A DNA stretch of 64,000 bases from Alteromonadaceae bacterium. Lineage in GTDB: Bacteria; Pseudomonadota; Gammaproteobacteria; Enterobacterales; Alteromonadaceae. The stretch lies in NCBI GenBank assembly GCA_964228145.1, contig CAXQZJ010000071.1, positions 12,898-76,897 on the forward strand. Direction: 5' to 3'. The position numbers and the translations under genes were made by a program. Below, one piece after another: positions 31,819 to 41,866 of this stretch (position 1 is its first letter; every line of letters begins with the position of its first letter). The notes beneath the pieces are model-generated. The model ran no database searches and had not been told where the DNA came from. It saw only the letters and a program-made list of their open reading frames with translations.

Positions 31819-31844
31819 AAACCGCCATATTTGGCGGTTTTTTT
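31819..31844 (+). terminator. Intrinsic terminator after tyrR
   Basis: AAACCGCCA-TATT-TGGCGGTTTTTTT. Confidence 0.8.
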
Positions 31845-31984
31845 CTGTCTTCATCATTATGTATTTGAAGCTGTACACTTTGTTATGACGCAAACAAAGA
31901 CATGAAGACGCAGCCCAGATCTTCCCTCCAGCCGGTTTTCGCGCAAAATGCGCTTATCTAATATAACGATAACAGGGCATTAAC

Positions 31985-33067
31985 ATGACAACCGATTCAC
32001 AAGTATTTAATCCATTGGGCAGTGACGGATTTGAGTTCGTTGAGTACACAGCAGCGGATGAGCAAGGCATTAATGCGTTAAAAGACTTATTTGTTTCTCT
32101 TGGCTTTGCAGAAGTCGCCAAACACCGCTCTAAACAGGTGTGGTTGTATAAGCAGGGCGATGTGAACTTTATCGTCAATGCTCAACCCGCCTCACAAGCA
32201 GAAGAATTTGCCAAACATCACGGTCCGTCCGTATGTGGTATGGCATTCAGAGTGAAAGATGCGAATGCCGCGCTGGCGCATGCGTTGGAAAATGGCGCAA
32301 AACAGTTCGTTGGTAACCTGGGGGCAATGGAATTAAACATTCCTGCGGTTTACGGTATCGGCGAAAGCACCTTGTACTTTGTTGATCTTTACGGGGATAA
32401 ATCTATCTACGATGTCGACTTTAATTTTTACGATGATTATCAACAACGTCTTGCCAATGCCGATGTAGGTTTACACACCTTGGATCACCTTACCCACAAT
32501 GTGCGACGTGGCAACATGGCTGTATGGGCGGATTTTTATGAGCGCATCGGTAATTTTCGTGAAATTCGCTACTTTGATATCGAAGGTAAGTTGACGGGGT
32601 TAGTCAGTAAGGCGATGACCAGCCCCTGTGGCAAAATACGTATCCCGATCAATGAATCTTCAGACGACAAATCGCAAATAGAAGAATTTATTCGTGAATA
32701 CAATGGTGAGGGCATCCAGCACATTGCTCTGTCGACCGATGACATTTATCAAACAGTACGTACGTTGCGAGAGCGCGGGATGGGCTTTATGGTTACACCA
32801 GATACCTACTATGAAAAGGTCGATGCCCGGGTAGAAGGACACGGAGAGGATGTGGACACCCTGCGAGAGCTGAACATTCTGATCGATGGTGCACCGATGA
32901 AAGATGGCATCCTGTTGCAAATTTTTACTGATACAGTTATCGGGCCGGTGTTTTTTGAAATAATCCAGCGTAAAGGCAATGAAGGCTTCGGTGAAGGCAA
33001 CTTTAAAGCCTTATTCGAGTCTATTGAAGAAGATCAGATTCGACGCGGAGTGTTGGAGAATGCGTAA
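31985..33067 (+). CDS. hppD: 4-hydroxyphenylpyruvate dioxygenase
   Basis: LDHLTHNV, GIQHIAL, FFEIIQRKGNEGFGEGNFKALF. Confidence 0.98.
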   Translation: MTTDSQVFNPLGSDGFEFVEYTAADEQGINALKDLFVSLGFAEVAKHRSKQVWLYKQGDVNFIVNAQPASQAEEFAKHHGPSVCGMAFRVKDANAALAHALENGAKQFVGNLGAMELNIPAVYGIGESTLYFVDLYGDKSIYDVDFNFYDDYQQRLANADVGLHTLDHLTHNVRRGNMAVWADFYERIGNFREIRYFDIEGKLTGLVSKAMTSPCGKIRIPINESSDDKSQIEEFIREYNGEGIQHIALSTDDIYQTVRTLRERGMGFMVTPDTYYEKVDARVEGHGEDVDTLRELNILIDGAPMKDGILLQIFTDTVIGPVFFEIIQRKGNEGFGEGNFKALFESIEEDQIRRGVLENA

Positions 33068-34196
33068 ATGGATTAGCTTTCCGAAATCACAAGGGCTGGC
33101 ATCTAAGCAAGCCCATGCTGATTTTCCGGAACAGGCGATTTATGAACGTGAAGCAGGGCGCAGTGGATTTTTTGGCCCGGCAACTCATTTCCACCATAAG
33201 CATGCGCCCACCGGTTGGACAGACTGGAAAGGGCCACTGCGTCCACGCTTGTTTGACTTAAACAATCTCAAAGACATACAGCCCTTGTCGCCATGGCTAT
33301 TGCCAAAGGTGTTGCATAACGCGCACTGTAAGGTGCGTAAATGGCAACTCAAAGAATCTATGCCCAACCTGGCTCGTAATGCTGATGGCGATGAGTTGTT
33401 GTTTGTGCACCATGGCGAAGGGATTTTGTTTTGTGACTATGGTCGCTTATCCATCACGAAGGGTGACTATATCGTTATTCCACGGTCTACCATGTGGCGT
33501 CTTGAGACCGAACAGGGTCTGGACTTATTGTTAATCGAAGCGACAAACGACAGTTATCAATTGCCGGAAAAAGGCATGGTCGGTAACCATGCGGTATTCG
33601 ATCCAGCGGTATTAGACATCCCACAAATTGACGCGGAATTTCTGGCCCAGCAGGATGAAAATAGTTGGCAGGTTGAGGTAAAGCGTCACGATCAGGTATC
33701 AACTATTACTTATCCATTTAATCCATTAGATGCCCAGGGCTGGCACGGTGATTTGTGTGTAGTTAGATTGAACTGGCGCGATATCCGCCCGCTTATGAGC
33801 CATAGATACCATTTACCACCTTCCGCACATACGACGTTTGTAGCATCTCGGTTTGTCGTTTGTACCTTTGTACCTCGGCCGATAGAAAGTGACCCAGGGG
33901 CGCTCAAGGTGCCTTTTTATCATAATAATGATGACTATGATGAGGTGCTTTTCTACCATGATGGTGACTTCTTCAGTCGCGATAACATCGACGCAGGTAT
34001 GATGACATTTCACCCTGCCGGGTTCACCCATGGGCCGCACCCGAAAGCGTTTCAAGCAGGACAAGAATACCGTAAAAAGTTTACCGATGAAGTTGCCGTC
34101 ATGTTAGATACCCGTGATGCGCTGGAAGTCGGCAGCGCTGCTGCGTCTGTAGAAAATCCAGAATATGTCAACTCCTGGCAATTAACCCCCGAATAG
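33060..34196 (+). CDS. hmgA: Homogentisate 1,2-dioxygenase
   Basis: RNADGDEL, YHLPPSAH, PFYHNNDDYDEV, HGPHP; start MRKWISF overlaps the hppD end. Confidence 0.93.
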   Translation: MRKWISFPKSQGLASKQAHADFPEQAIYEREAGRSGFFGPATHFHHKHAPTGWTDWKGPLRPRLFDLNNLKDIQPLSPWLLPKVLHNAHCKVRKWQLKESMPNLARNADGDELLFVHHGEGILFCDYGRLSITKGDYIVIPRSTMWRLETEQGLDLLLIEATNDSYQLPEKGMVGNHAVFDPAVLDIPQIDAEFLAQQDENSWQVEVKRHDQVSTITYPFNPLDAQGWHGDLCVVRLNWRDIRPLMSHRYHLPPSAHTTFVASRFVVCTFVPRPIESDPGALKVPFYHNNDDYDEVLFYHDGDFFSRDNIDAGMMTFHPAGFTHGPHPKAFQAGQEYRKKFTDEVAVMLDTRDALEVGSAAASVENPEYVNSWQLTPE

Positions 34197-34203
34197 GAAT
34201 GCA

Positions 34204-35211
34204 ATGAAATTAGCCACGATTAAAAACGGAACAAGAGACGGTCAGCTGGTTGTTGTCAGCCGGGACTTAAGCCGCATGACAACAGCTGCAGATATTGCCG
34301 AAACCATGCAACAGGCGATTGATAACTGGGCTGAGCTATCGCCCCGACTTGATTCCGTTTATCAACAGTTAAATCAACAAAAGATTGACTCACAACCGTT
34401 CGATCAAAGTCAGTGTGAATCACCATTTCCTCGCGCCTACCAATGGGCCGATGGCAGTGCTTATGTAAATCATGTGGAGTTGGTGCGCAAAGCGCGGGGC
34501 GCAGAAATGCCAGCATCGTTTTGGACCGATCCATTAATGTACCAGGGCGGCTCAGATGACTTCATCGGCCCCAGAGACGATGTTGTTCTGCCGTCGGATC
34601 AATGGGGGATCGATTTTGAAGCAGAAATTGCCATAGTTACTGATGATGTGCCGATGGCGGTAGATGAAAATACCGCGCTGGAGCACATCAAGTTGGTCAT
34701 GCTTGTCAACGATGTGTCGTTGCGAGGATTGATTCCCGGTGAGCTTGCCAAAGGGTTTGGTTTTTACCAATCCAAGCCTTCCTCTTCTTTTGCGCCAGTT
34801 GCTGTAACGCCGGATGAGCTAGGTGATAAGTGGCATTCGGGCAAGCTCCATCTGCCTTTACTCAGTGAGTACAACGGTGAGTTGTTTGGTAAACCTGAAG
34901 CCGGCGAGGACATGACGTTTCACTTCGGTCAGTTAATCGCTCATGCTGCAAAAAGCCGTAACTTAGGAGCTGGTTGTATTATTGGCTCGGGCACGGTTTC
35001 TAATAAGCAAGGGACTGAGCACGGTAGTGCGATTGCGGATGGTGGACTTGGATATTCGTGTATTGCTGAGGTCCGCATGATTGAAACCATACGTGACGGA
35101 AAACCGAGTACCCCGTTTATGGCCTTCGGCGACAGCATAAAAATCCACATGCATGATGATGAGGGGCAGTGTATCTTTGGTAAAATCGATCAGAAAATCC
35201 GTAAACGCTAA
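34204..35211 (+). CDS. fahA: Fumarylacetoacetate hydrolase family protein
   Basis: DFEAE, NDVSLR, GSGTVSN; between hmgA and maiA. Confidence 0.9.
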   Translation: MKLATIKNGTRDGQLVVVSRDLSRMTTAADIAETMQQAIDNWAELSPRLDSVYQQLNQQKIDSQPFDQSQCESPFPRAYQWADGSAYVNHVELVRKARGAEMPASFWTDPLMYQGGSDDFIGPRDDVVLPSDQWGIDFEAEIAIVTDDVPMAVDENTALEHIKLVMLVNDVSLRGLIPGELAKGFGFYQSKPSSSFAPVAVTPDELGDKWHSGKLHLPLLSEYNGELFGKPEAGEDMTFHFGQLIAHAAKSRNLGAGCIIGSGTVSNKQGTEHGSAIADGGLGYSCIAEVRMIETIRDGKPSTPFMAFGDSIKIHMHDDEGQCIFGKIDQKIRKR

Positions 35212-35220
35212 GGAGCCGAC

Positions 35221-35874
35221 GTGGCACTGACTTTATACAGCTACTGGCGTTCAACCGCCAGTTATCGGGTGCGTATTGCTCTCAATGTGAAGGGCCTTGA
35301 TTATCAGCTACAGCCGGTACATCTGGTCAAGGATGGCGGTGAGCAACACAAAGAGGATTACACGCGTTTAAATCCAGCGAGTTTATTACCCTCGTTAGTG
35401 GATGATGACGAAGATGTGATTCTCAATCAGTCCTTAGCGATTTGTGAGTATCTGGATGAAAAATATCCAGATTTGCCTAAATTGCTACCTGCTCACGCTC
35501 TTGAGCGAGCGCGTGTCAGGACATTGGCCTATGATATTGCCTGCGAAACCCAACCGTTGGGTAATCTTAGGGTGTTGAATTATCTGCAGTCGGAGTATGG
35601 TGTGGACCAAGCGGGTAAAGCGACATGGGCCCGGCATTGGATCGATAAAGCTTTCAGTGGCATTGAGAAACGGTTGCAGTCAACAGCAGCAGAGTATTGC
35701 TTTGGCTTTGACATTACTTTGGCCGATGTTTGTCTGGTTCCCCAAGTTTACAATGCTAACCGGTTTGGCGTGGATATGAGCCGCTACCCAACCATTGCAA
35801 GAGTGAATGAAAATCTCATCAATTTGCCTGCGTTCACTAAAGCACATCCAGCAAGTCAGCCAGACGCTGAATGA
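35221..35874 (+). CDS. maiA: Maleylacetoacetate isomerase (GST zeta)
   Basis: YSYWRSTASYRVRIAL, CLVPQVYNANRF. Confidence 0.95.
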   Translation: MALTLYSYWRSTASYRVRIALNVKGLDYQLQPVHLVKDGGEQHKEDYTRLNPASLLPSLVDDDEDVILNQSLAICEYLDEKYPDLPKLLPAHALERARVRTLAYDIACETQPLGNLRVLNYLQSEYGVDQAGKATWARHWIDKAFSGIEKRLQSTAAEYCFGFDITLADVCLVPQVYNANRFGVDMSRYPTIARVNENLINLPAFTKAHPASQPDAE

Positions 35875-35877
35875 ATG

Positions 35878-35901
35878 AAACCGCCCAAACGGGCGGTTTT
35901 T
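35878..35901. terminator. Terminator between convergent maiA and yghU
   Basis: AAACCGCCC-AAAC-GGGCGGTTTTT. Confidence 0.8.
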
Positions 35902-35916
35902 ACTCGTCAACCAGTG

Positions 35917-36756
35917 CTAGCGTAAGTGTTCAGGAAAGTCTTCCATGCTATGTCGCTCAGGGACTTGCTCATCGCCCCAGGTACGGTTAACAATGCGTCC
36001 GCGTTTGACCGCCGGTCGTTGAGCTATTTGCTGTGCCCAACGTTGCACATGTTGATAATCATCAACTTGCAAAAACTCACCGGCTTCGTATAACTCACCT
36101 AGCACCAACAAACCATACCATGACCAAATAGCAATATCGGCAATACTGTAATTGTCGCCAGCCATAAAGGTATGTTGTTGTAGGTGCTGGTCCAGGACGT
36201 CCAGTTGGCGTTTTACTTCCATAGTGTAACGCTCGATTGGGTATTCAAATTTCTCGGGGGCGTAAGCATAAAAATGCCCAAAGCCACCCCCCAACAGAGG
36301 CGCAGCGCCCACTTGCCAAAATAACCAGTTCAGGCATTTGGTACGTGCGCTCGCTGATTCCGGTAGAAAAGTACTAAATTTTTCAGCCAGGTACAGCAAA
36401 ATACTGCCGGATTCAAACACTCTGGTCACTGGCTGAGTACTGTAATCGCTCAGAGCAGGTATCTTTGAATTTGGGTTGATACTGACGAAATCCGAACCAA
36501 ATTGGTCTCCCTCCATGATATCGATTAACCAAGCGTCGTATTCGGCATCAGATACCCCAGCGGCAAGCAGTTCCTCGAGCATGATGGTCACCTTGATGCC
36601 ATTTGGGGTGCCCAGTGAATATAGTTGGATTGGATGCCCGCCTTTAGGGAGTGCTTTGGTTTCTCTTGCACCTGCTGTTGGGCGGTTAATTGACGCGAAC
36701 TTACCGCCGTTGCCAGGTTTCCATTGCCAAACTTTGGGGGGCTGATAACTGCTCAT
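35917..36756 (-). CDS. yghU: Glutathione-dependent disulfide-bond oxidoreductase YghU (GST Nu class)
   Basis: YQPPKVW, INRPTAGA, LYSLGTPNG, NPNSKIPAL, GGGFGHFYAYAP. Confidence 0.93.
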   Translation of the reverse strand: MSSYQPPKVWQWKPGNGGKFASINRPTAGARETKALPKGGHPIQLYSLGTPNGIKVTIMLEELLAAGVSDAEYDAWLIDIMEGDQFGSDFVSINPNSKIPALSDYSTQPVTRVFESGSILLYLAEKFSTFLPESASARTKCLNWLFWQVGAAPLLGGGFGHFYAYAPEKFEYPIERYTMEVKRQLDVLDQHLQQHTFMAGDNYSIADIAIWSWYGLLVLGELYEAGEFLQVDDYQHVQRWAQQIAQRPAVKRGRIVNRTWGDEQVPERHSMEDFPEHLR

Positions 36757-36782
36757 TAAGACTCCTTATTGAGACATATTGT

Positions 36783-37322
36783 TTACAGATAGGCTTTAAA
36801 AGCGTCATCTACAGGGGTGTCTGCTAAGTGATTAACATAGTTGCTCATGACTTTCTGAGCAATACCTACAATGATATCCAGCAGATGTTGATGCGAGTAA
36901 CCGGCTTCAAAAAAAGCTTTCTTGCTCGTATCACTTAAATGTCCTCGCTCACGGACGAGTTCTAGTGTCACTGTACGCAGGGTTTCAAGCTTTTCATCTT
37001 TAAGTGGTTGTTTGTCACGCAGGGCTTGGTTGATGGTTTTGTCGACTTTCATTGAGTCAGCGATTGCACTGTGCGCAGGGACGCAGTAGTGACAGCCATG
37101 TTCAACGTTTATTGCTTGCCAGACCACGGTTTTTTCTTCTGCATTAAAAGAGGTATTTAAAAATGCTTCGTGCAACTGTTGGTAAGCCTTCAGGTTGCTG
37201 GGAGAGGTCGCCATTACTCCGTGTAAATTTGGCAACATGCCAAACGCCTTTTTAGACGCCTCCAGTAGCGGTTTACTCTGTTCAGGTGCGGTTTCAACTG
37301 TGTGTAATGTAAAATCGTTCAT
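36783..37322 (-). CDS. AhpD-like / carboxymuconolactone decarboxylase family protein
   Basis: GMLPNLHGVMA, CHYCVPAH CXXC motif, KVMSNYVNH. Confidence 0.88.
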   Translation of the reverse strand: MNDFTLHTVETAPEQSKPLLEASKKAFGMLPNLHGVMATSPSNLKAYQQLHEAFLNTSFNAEEKTVVWQAINVEHGCHYCVPAHSAIADSMKVDKTINQALRDKQPLKDEKLETLRTVTLELVRERGHLSDTSKKAFFEAGYSHQHLLDIIVGIAQKVMSNYVNHLADTPVDDAFKAYL

Positions 37323-37348
37323 TGTATGCTCCTAAATGGACAGTTAAA

Positions 37349-37404
37349 TTGAGCGACTGCTCAAATTTGATTATACTGTAGCTTAATTTTGAGCGAGTGT
37401 TCAA
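37349..37404. promoter_or_regulatory. Two palindromic TetR-type operators in the divergent promoter
   Basis: TTGAGC-GACT-GCTCAA (37349..37364) and TTGAGC-GAGT-GTTCAA (37389..37404). Confidence 0.8.
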
Positions 37405-37465
37405 ATTTAAACTGTAAATAAGGTAGAATCTTTAGTTATGAGACCGAATCGGGGACCAGGAGTAG

Positions 37466-38044
37466 ATGGCGAACACGGTTAAATTTTGTCGCCAGCAGGT
37501 GATAAAGCAAGCAATGACGTTATTCTGGATACAGGGTTTTCAGGCTACGTCCACCCGCATGTTGCAAGACGCCACGGGACTAAAGCCAGGTAGTTTGTAC
37601 GCAGCGTTTGGCAGTAAGCGTGGACTAACCGAAGAGGTGTTAGAGTATTATGCTGACGAAATGGCCAACCAGCTTGACGCCACTACCCGGCAAACCGGTA
37701 GCTTTTTAGCAGGGTTGCAAGAGTTTTTTTGCTCTGCGATTGAGCAGGCAAAAAATCAGGGCAACGCGATCTGTCTGTTGAATAAAGCGCTGACAGAAAG
37801 TGCTAACGATGGTGATACATTGATAAAAGCGCAATGTTTGTTGGCAGCGACTGAAAATCGAATTGCCACTCAACTGGAGCAAGCAATGGCGGTCGGAGAG
37901 CTGACGTCAAGTCGCACTGCGCAACAACTCGCTCAGCAAGTGCAAATCCAGATCATGGGATTGAGAAGCTACCTGTGCGCAAATCCTAGTGCTGAGCCCC
38001 GAGCGTTGGTGGCGCAGGTCTTCTCTTTGGCGGCGCTTGGTTAG
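37466..38044 (+). CDS. TetR/AcrR family regulator (NemR/ComR-like)
   Basis: FWIQGFQATS, GLKPGSLYAAFGSK HTH, ICLL motif. Confidence 0.92.
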   Translation: MANTVKFCRQQVIKQAMTLFWIQGFQATSTRMLQDATGLKPGSLYAAFGSKRGLTEEVLEYYADEMANQLDATTRQTGSFLAGLQEFFCSAIEQAKNQGNAICLLNKALTESANDGDTLIKAQCLLAATENRIATQLEQAMAVGELTSSRTAQQLAQQVQIQIMGLRSYLCANPSAEPRALVAQVFSLAALG

Positions 38045-38055
38045 TCGTCAGTGTA

Positions 38056-38583
38056 TTAGTGGCTGGTTGCACTGTTATTCAGTCTTTTCCGTGGCCGAAA
38101 TAGCAAAAAAAGCAGTAACAGACATAGCTCATAAAGCAGTGCAGCCAGGATGGCGGCAATTAAACCGCAAACAATTGCATTCGTAGTAAGAGGAATGGTG
38201 GTCTGATAGTTGTCGAGTGTTTCTTGTAAAATGTCGCGGTCAGGTTGCGTTGCCAAATACCAGGTTTGATGCCACAAAGGGGCGGACAAATTCTGTCTGT
38301 GAATCTCCAGGTAGTCCTCTCGCTGGATAAGCTGTCGAATAGGCTCTGCTTCCTGTTGAAACAAGGGTTCGTCACTCGCACTGTGTGTTAACAGCAGTTG
38401 TTCCATCGACCCTTCAAATAATCTGTCTGCCAATTGATGGTAGGGCTGTGCGGCGCGTTTTACCTCTAAATAATGCGCATCGATACGTTGTACATATTGG
38501 TGCATTAAGTTGGGTAATTGCACCCCCAGCAAAATGCCAGCGGCAACAAACAACATCGACAGGTAGTGGCTTATTTTGCTCAT
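38056..38583 (-). CDS. DUF2937-like membrane protein
   Basis: LLGVQLPNLMHQYVQRIDAH pattern and two terminal TM helices; family assigned from recall. Confidence 0.7.
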   Translation of the reverse strand: MSKISHYLSMLFVAAGILLGVQLPNLMHQYVQRIDAHYLEVKRAAQPYHQLADRLFEGSMEQLLLTHSASDEPLFQQEAEPIRQLIQREDYLEIHRQNLSAPLWHQTWYLATQPDRDILQETLDNYQTTIPLTTNAIVCGLIAAILAALLYELCLLLLFLLFRPRKRLNNSATSH

Positions 38584-38676
38584 GGTGCTTTTTACTCATT
38601 TAAGTACAATGCCCTACATTGCCTATTAGTACCCGGCAACGCAAGTGTCGTCGGGCGGTTATTGTTAGGAGACGTT

Positions 38677-39513
38677 ATGGCCTTTAAGGGCACTGAAAAT
38701 TATATTGCGAGTGAGCAGTTGCAGCTTGCGGTTAATGCAGCCATCACATTACAGAAACCTTTGCTGATAAAAGGCGAGCCGGGTACCGGCAAAACCTTAT
38801 TGGCAGAAGAGTTAGCTGCCGCTTTGGACACGCAGTTAATCCAGTGGCATATCAAGTCGACCACTAAAGCACACCAAGGCTTATATGAATATGATGCGGT
38901 GTCTCGTTTGCGGGATTCTCAATTGGGTGAGCAGCGTGTACACGATATCAGTAACTACATCATTAAAGGTAAACTTTGGCAGGCATTCACTGCCGAACAG
39001 CGACCTGTACTATTGATTGATGAAATCGATAAAGCCGATATTGAATTTCCCAACGATTTGCTGCAAGAGTTGGATAAAATGGAATTTTATGTGTACGAAA
39101 CGCGTGAAACCATCAAAGCAGTGCAACGCCCGATTGTCATCATTACGTCGAACAATGAAAAAGAATTACCAGATGCTTTTTTGCGCCGCTGCTTTTTTCA
39201 TTATATTCAGTTCCCAGACAAGCAGGAGATGCAGCAAATTGTTGACGTCCACTTTCCTAATCTGAAGGCGACCTTGCTGACGGAAGCATTGGAGTGCTTT
39301 TTCAATCTCAGGGATATTCCGGGGCTAAAGAAAAAGCCCTCAACGTCGGAATTAATTGATTGGTTAAAATTGCTGGTGGCAGAAGATATTGATCCGGAAA
39401 CTCTGCGGGACAAAACCGCCAAAAACGCTATTCCACCTTTGTATGGCGCGTTGCTTAAAAATGAACAAGACATACACTTGTTCGAAAAATTAGCATTTAT
39501 GGCCCGGCGCTAA
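38677..39513 (+). CDS. MoxR-family AAA+ ATPase
   Basis: GEPGTGKT, LLIDEIDKA, ITSNNEKELPDAFLRRC; start MAFKG after AGGAG. Confidence 0.93.
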   Translation: MAFKGTENYIASEQLQLAVNAAITLQKPLLIKGEPGTGKTLLAEELAAALDTQLIQWHIKSTTKAHQGLYEYDAVSRLRDSQLGEQRVHDISNYIIKGKLWQAFTAEQRPVLLIDEIDKADIEFPNDLLQELDKMEFYVYETRETIKAVQRPIVIITSNNEKELPDAFLRRCFFHYIQFPDKQEMQQIVDVHFPNLKATLLTEALECFFNLRDIPGLKKKPSTSELIDWLKLLVAEDIDPETLRDKTAKNAIPPLYGALLKNEQDIHLFEKLAFMARR

Positions 39514-40685
39514 TGTTGATATCGTTTTTCTTTACCCTGCGTCGATACCAGCTTTCGGTCAGTGTGCGGGAGTTATTGGATTTGCTGAGCGCGCTTGAGG
39601 GGCATTTGGTATTTGCGGACATGCAGGCGTTTTATTACCTGTCGCGTTTGTGTTTGGTTAAAGACGAAAGTCAATTTGATAAGTTTGATAAAGCATTTGC
39701 GGACTATTTTGAGGGGGTGTCATCCATCGAGCTGTTTGGCGATGAGATTCCGGAAGAATGGCTCAAACGGGAAATTTACCGTCATTTCAGTGACGAAGAA
39801 AAACGCCAAATGGAAGCCATGGGCAGTCTGGATGAACTGATGAAAACGCTCAGACAGCGATTGGACGAGCAGCAAAAACGTCATCAGGGCGGTAATAAGT
39901 GGGTAGGAACGGGAGGTACCTCGCCGTTCGGTGCATATGGGTACAATCCTTCAGGCGTGCGTATAGGTCAGAACAGCAATCGCCAGTTTTCTGCCGCAAA
40001 GGTCTGGGACAAACGATCGTTTCGCGACTTATCCAGTGACGTCGAACTAGGCACACGTAATATTAAAGTGGCGCTGCGTAAGCTGCGGCAATTTGCCCGC
40101 TCAGGTGCCGAGCAGGAACTCGATATGCACGCAACCATCGAAGCAACGTCTAAGAATGCGGGATATCTGGATATACGCATGCAGCCAGAGCGGCATAATG
40201 CGGTCAAGGTGTTAATGCTGTTTGACGTTGGAGGCTCTATGGACGGGCACATCCAGGCTTGTGAAGAGCTTTTCTCGGCCGTACATACAGAGTTTAAGCA
40301 CCTGGAATATTTCTATTTCCACAATTGTGTGTATGAATCAGTGTGGAAAAGTAATCAACGCCGTGATGAACAACGCATATCGGTGTGGGAGCTGATCCAC
40401 AAGTTTGGCAAAGACTATAAGCTGATTTTCGTTGGAGATGCCACCATGGGGCCGTATGAAATCAGTTATCCTGGCGGAAGTGTCGAGCACTGGAATGAAG
40501 AACCCGGAAACGTTTGGATGCAACGCCTGCTGGACCACTTTAGCGATGCAGTATGGCTCAACCCGCAACCACAAAATTATTGGCAGTACTACCAATCCAT
40601 CGATATGATTCATCATATTATCGATAAGCGTATGTTCCCTATGACACTTGACGGGCTGACAAACGCAATTTCAGAATTATTGTAA
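39513..40685 (+). CDS. VWA domain protein (CoxE-like), MoxR partner
   Basis: HQGGNKWVGTGGTSPFG, MIDAS-like DVGGSM, VGDA; TAATG coupling to the ATPase. Confidence 0.9.
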   Translation: MLISFFFTLRRYQLSVSVRELLDLLSALEGHLVFADMQAFYYLSRLCLVKDESQFDKFDKAFADYFEGVSSIELFGDEIPEEWLKREIYRHFSDEEKRQMEAMGSLDELMKTLRQRLDEQQKRHQGGNKWVGTGGTSPFGAYGYNPSGVRIGQNSNRQFSAAKVWDKRSFRDLSSDVELGTRNIKVALRKLRQFARSGAEQELDMHATIEATSKNAGYLDIRMQPERHNAVKVLMLFDVGGSMDGHIQACEELFSAVHTEFKHLEYFYFHNCVYESVWKSNQRRDEQRISVWELIHKFGKDYKLIFVGDATMGPYEISYPGGSVEHWNEEPGNVWMQRLLDHFSDAVWLNPQPQNYWQYYQSIDMIHHIIDKRMFPMTLDGLTNAISELL

Positions 40686-40705
40686 TAGCCCGACAGGACA
40701 GCATC

Positions 40706-41857
40706 ATGGATGAGCAGCAATCGCCTCTATACGCAAACGGACAGCGTCTGACTGATAAACAAATCCGTCAGATTATTACCCCCTACGAATTTGGTGTTGC
40801 GGATCATGTCGTCGGCACAGAATTGGCTCGCCCTATGCGCAGGGGCATAGCTATGCTGATTGACTTGTTACTGATCTCAATGCTGACTGAGTTACCCAGC
40901 ATACTGCTCGCGGGCGTATCGGCGGTGTTTTTTTGGCGGGCAGGGAAAAAGAACGCGAATCAGCGTTTTGTTTGGTTGCGAAAAATTTTTAGGTTTTTTG
41001 CAGCGATACTTTTGTTCGGAATCGTGCTGGCGAGTATTGAGGCTTTGCGTCCCCCGCAATTTGGGCCTGGTAGTGCCAGAGATAACCCCGAAACTGCTGA
41101 GGTCATCGATACCGTGGTGTTAACGGTTACCTATGGAACGAAAGCTGAGAACCTGGCGGCGGATATCAATAATCAGTCTTGCCAGCCTTTAGATTGCTGG
41201 CGAGCATTAGGCAGTCAGATGATTACTGATTTCGCTGATGCAGAGATTGATCGTGAGGTTGCGCTGGAGTTTACTGAAAACTTGTTTGGCGAAGACAGGC
41301 CCGGGCTCACCGGTGCTGAGCGCGTTGAACTGCAAAAGCAAATGTTGATGTTGTTCGAAGAAACAATTCCCCAACAAGTGCCGTTGCCGGCAGATCAGAC
41401 AACAGTGCCTGAGACATCAAAATCATCCGTCATTCCGCTCAATGATAATGGGGATCCGAGCTTGCTGGCCTGGTTCAGAGGCATTGCCGAGGATCTCGGT
41501 ATTGGATTCGGTTGGGCGGCGCTTTATTTCACCGCGTTCAGTTATTGGATGCGCGGTCAAACACCCGGTAAATTCCTGACTCGTATCAAAGTCATAAAAC
41601 TCGACGGCTCGACCATGTCGTTGTGGGAGAGCTTTGAACGTTATGGTGGCTATGGAGCGGGTTTTGCAACCGGATTACTCGGCTTTTTACAAATTTACTG
41701 GGAGCCAAACCGACAAGCGATTCAGGATAAAATATCTGAAACTCTGGTTATTCGGTTGGGCCAAGCGCGTTTGGAAATAACCGAACAGGCGCCTGTATCG
41801 CTCAACGATGAAAACCAAGCGGATACGGGGTACAATGCGCCGATGAAACCTGAATAG
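40706..41857 (+). CDS. RDD family membrane protein with large insertion
   Basis: N-terminal RRGIAMLID, C-terminal GQTPGK and QAIQDKISET, separated by a soluble acidic segment. Confidence 0.85.
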   Translation: MDEQQSPLYANGQRLTDKQIRQIITPYEFGVADHVVGTELARPMRRGIAMLIDLLLISMLTELPSILLAGVSAVFFWRAGKKNANQRFVWLRKIFRFFAAILLFGIVLASIEALRPPQFGPGSARDNPETAEVIDTVVLTVTYGTKAENLAADINNQSCQPLDCWRALGSQMITDFADAEIDREVALEFTENLFGEDRPGLTGAERVELQKQMLMLFEETIPQQVPLPADQTTVPETSKSSVIPLNDNGDPSLLAWFRGIAEDLGIGFGWAALYFTAFSYWMRGQTPGKFLTRIKVIKLDGSTMSLWESFERYGGYGAGFATGLLGFLQIYWEPNRQAIQDKISETLVIRLGQARLEITEQAPVSLNDENQADTGYNAPMKPE

Positions 41858-41866
41858 ATCAGATAT

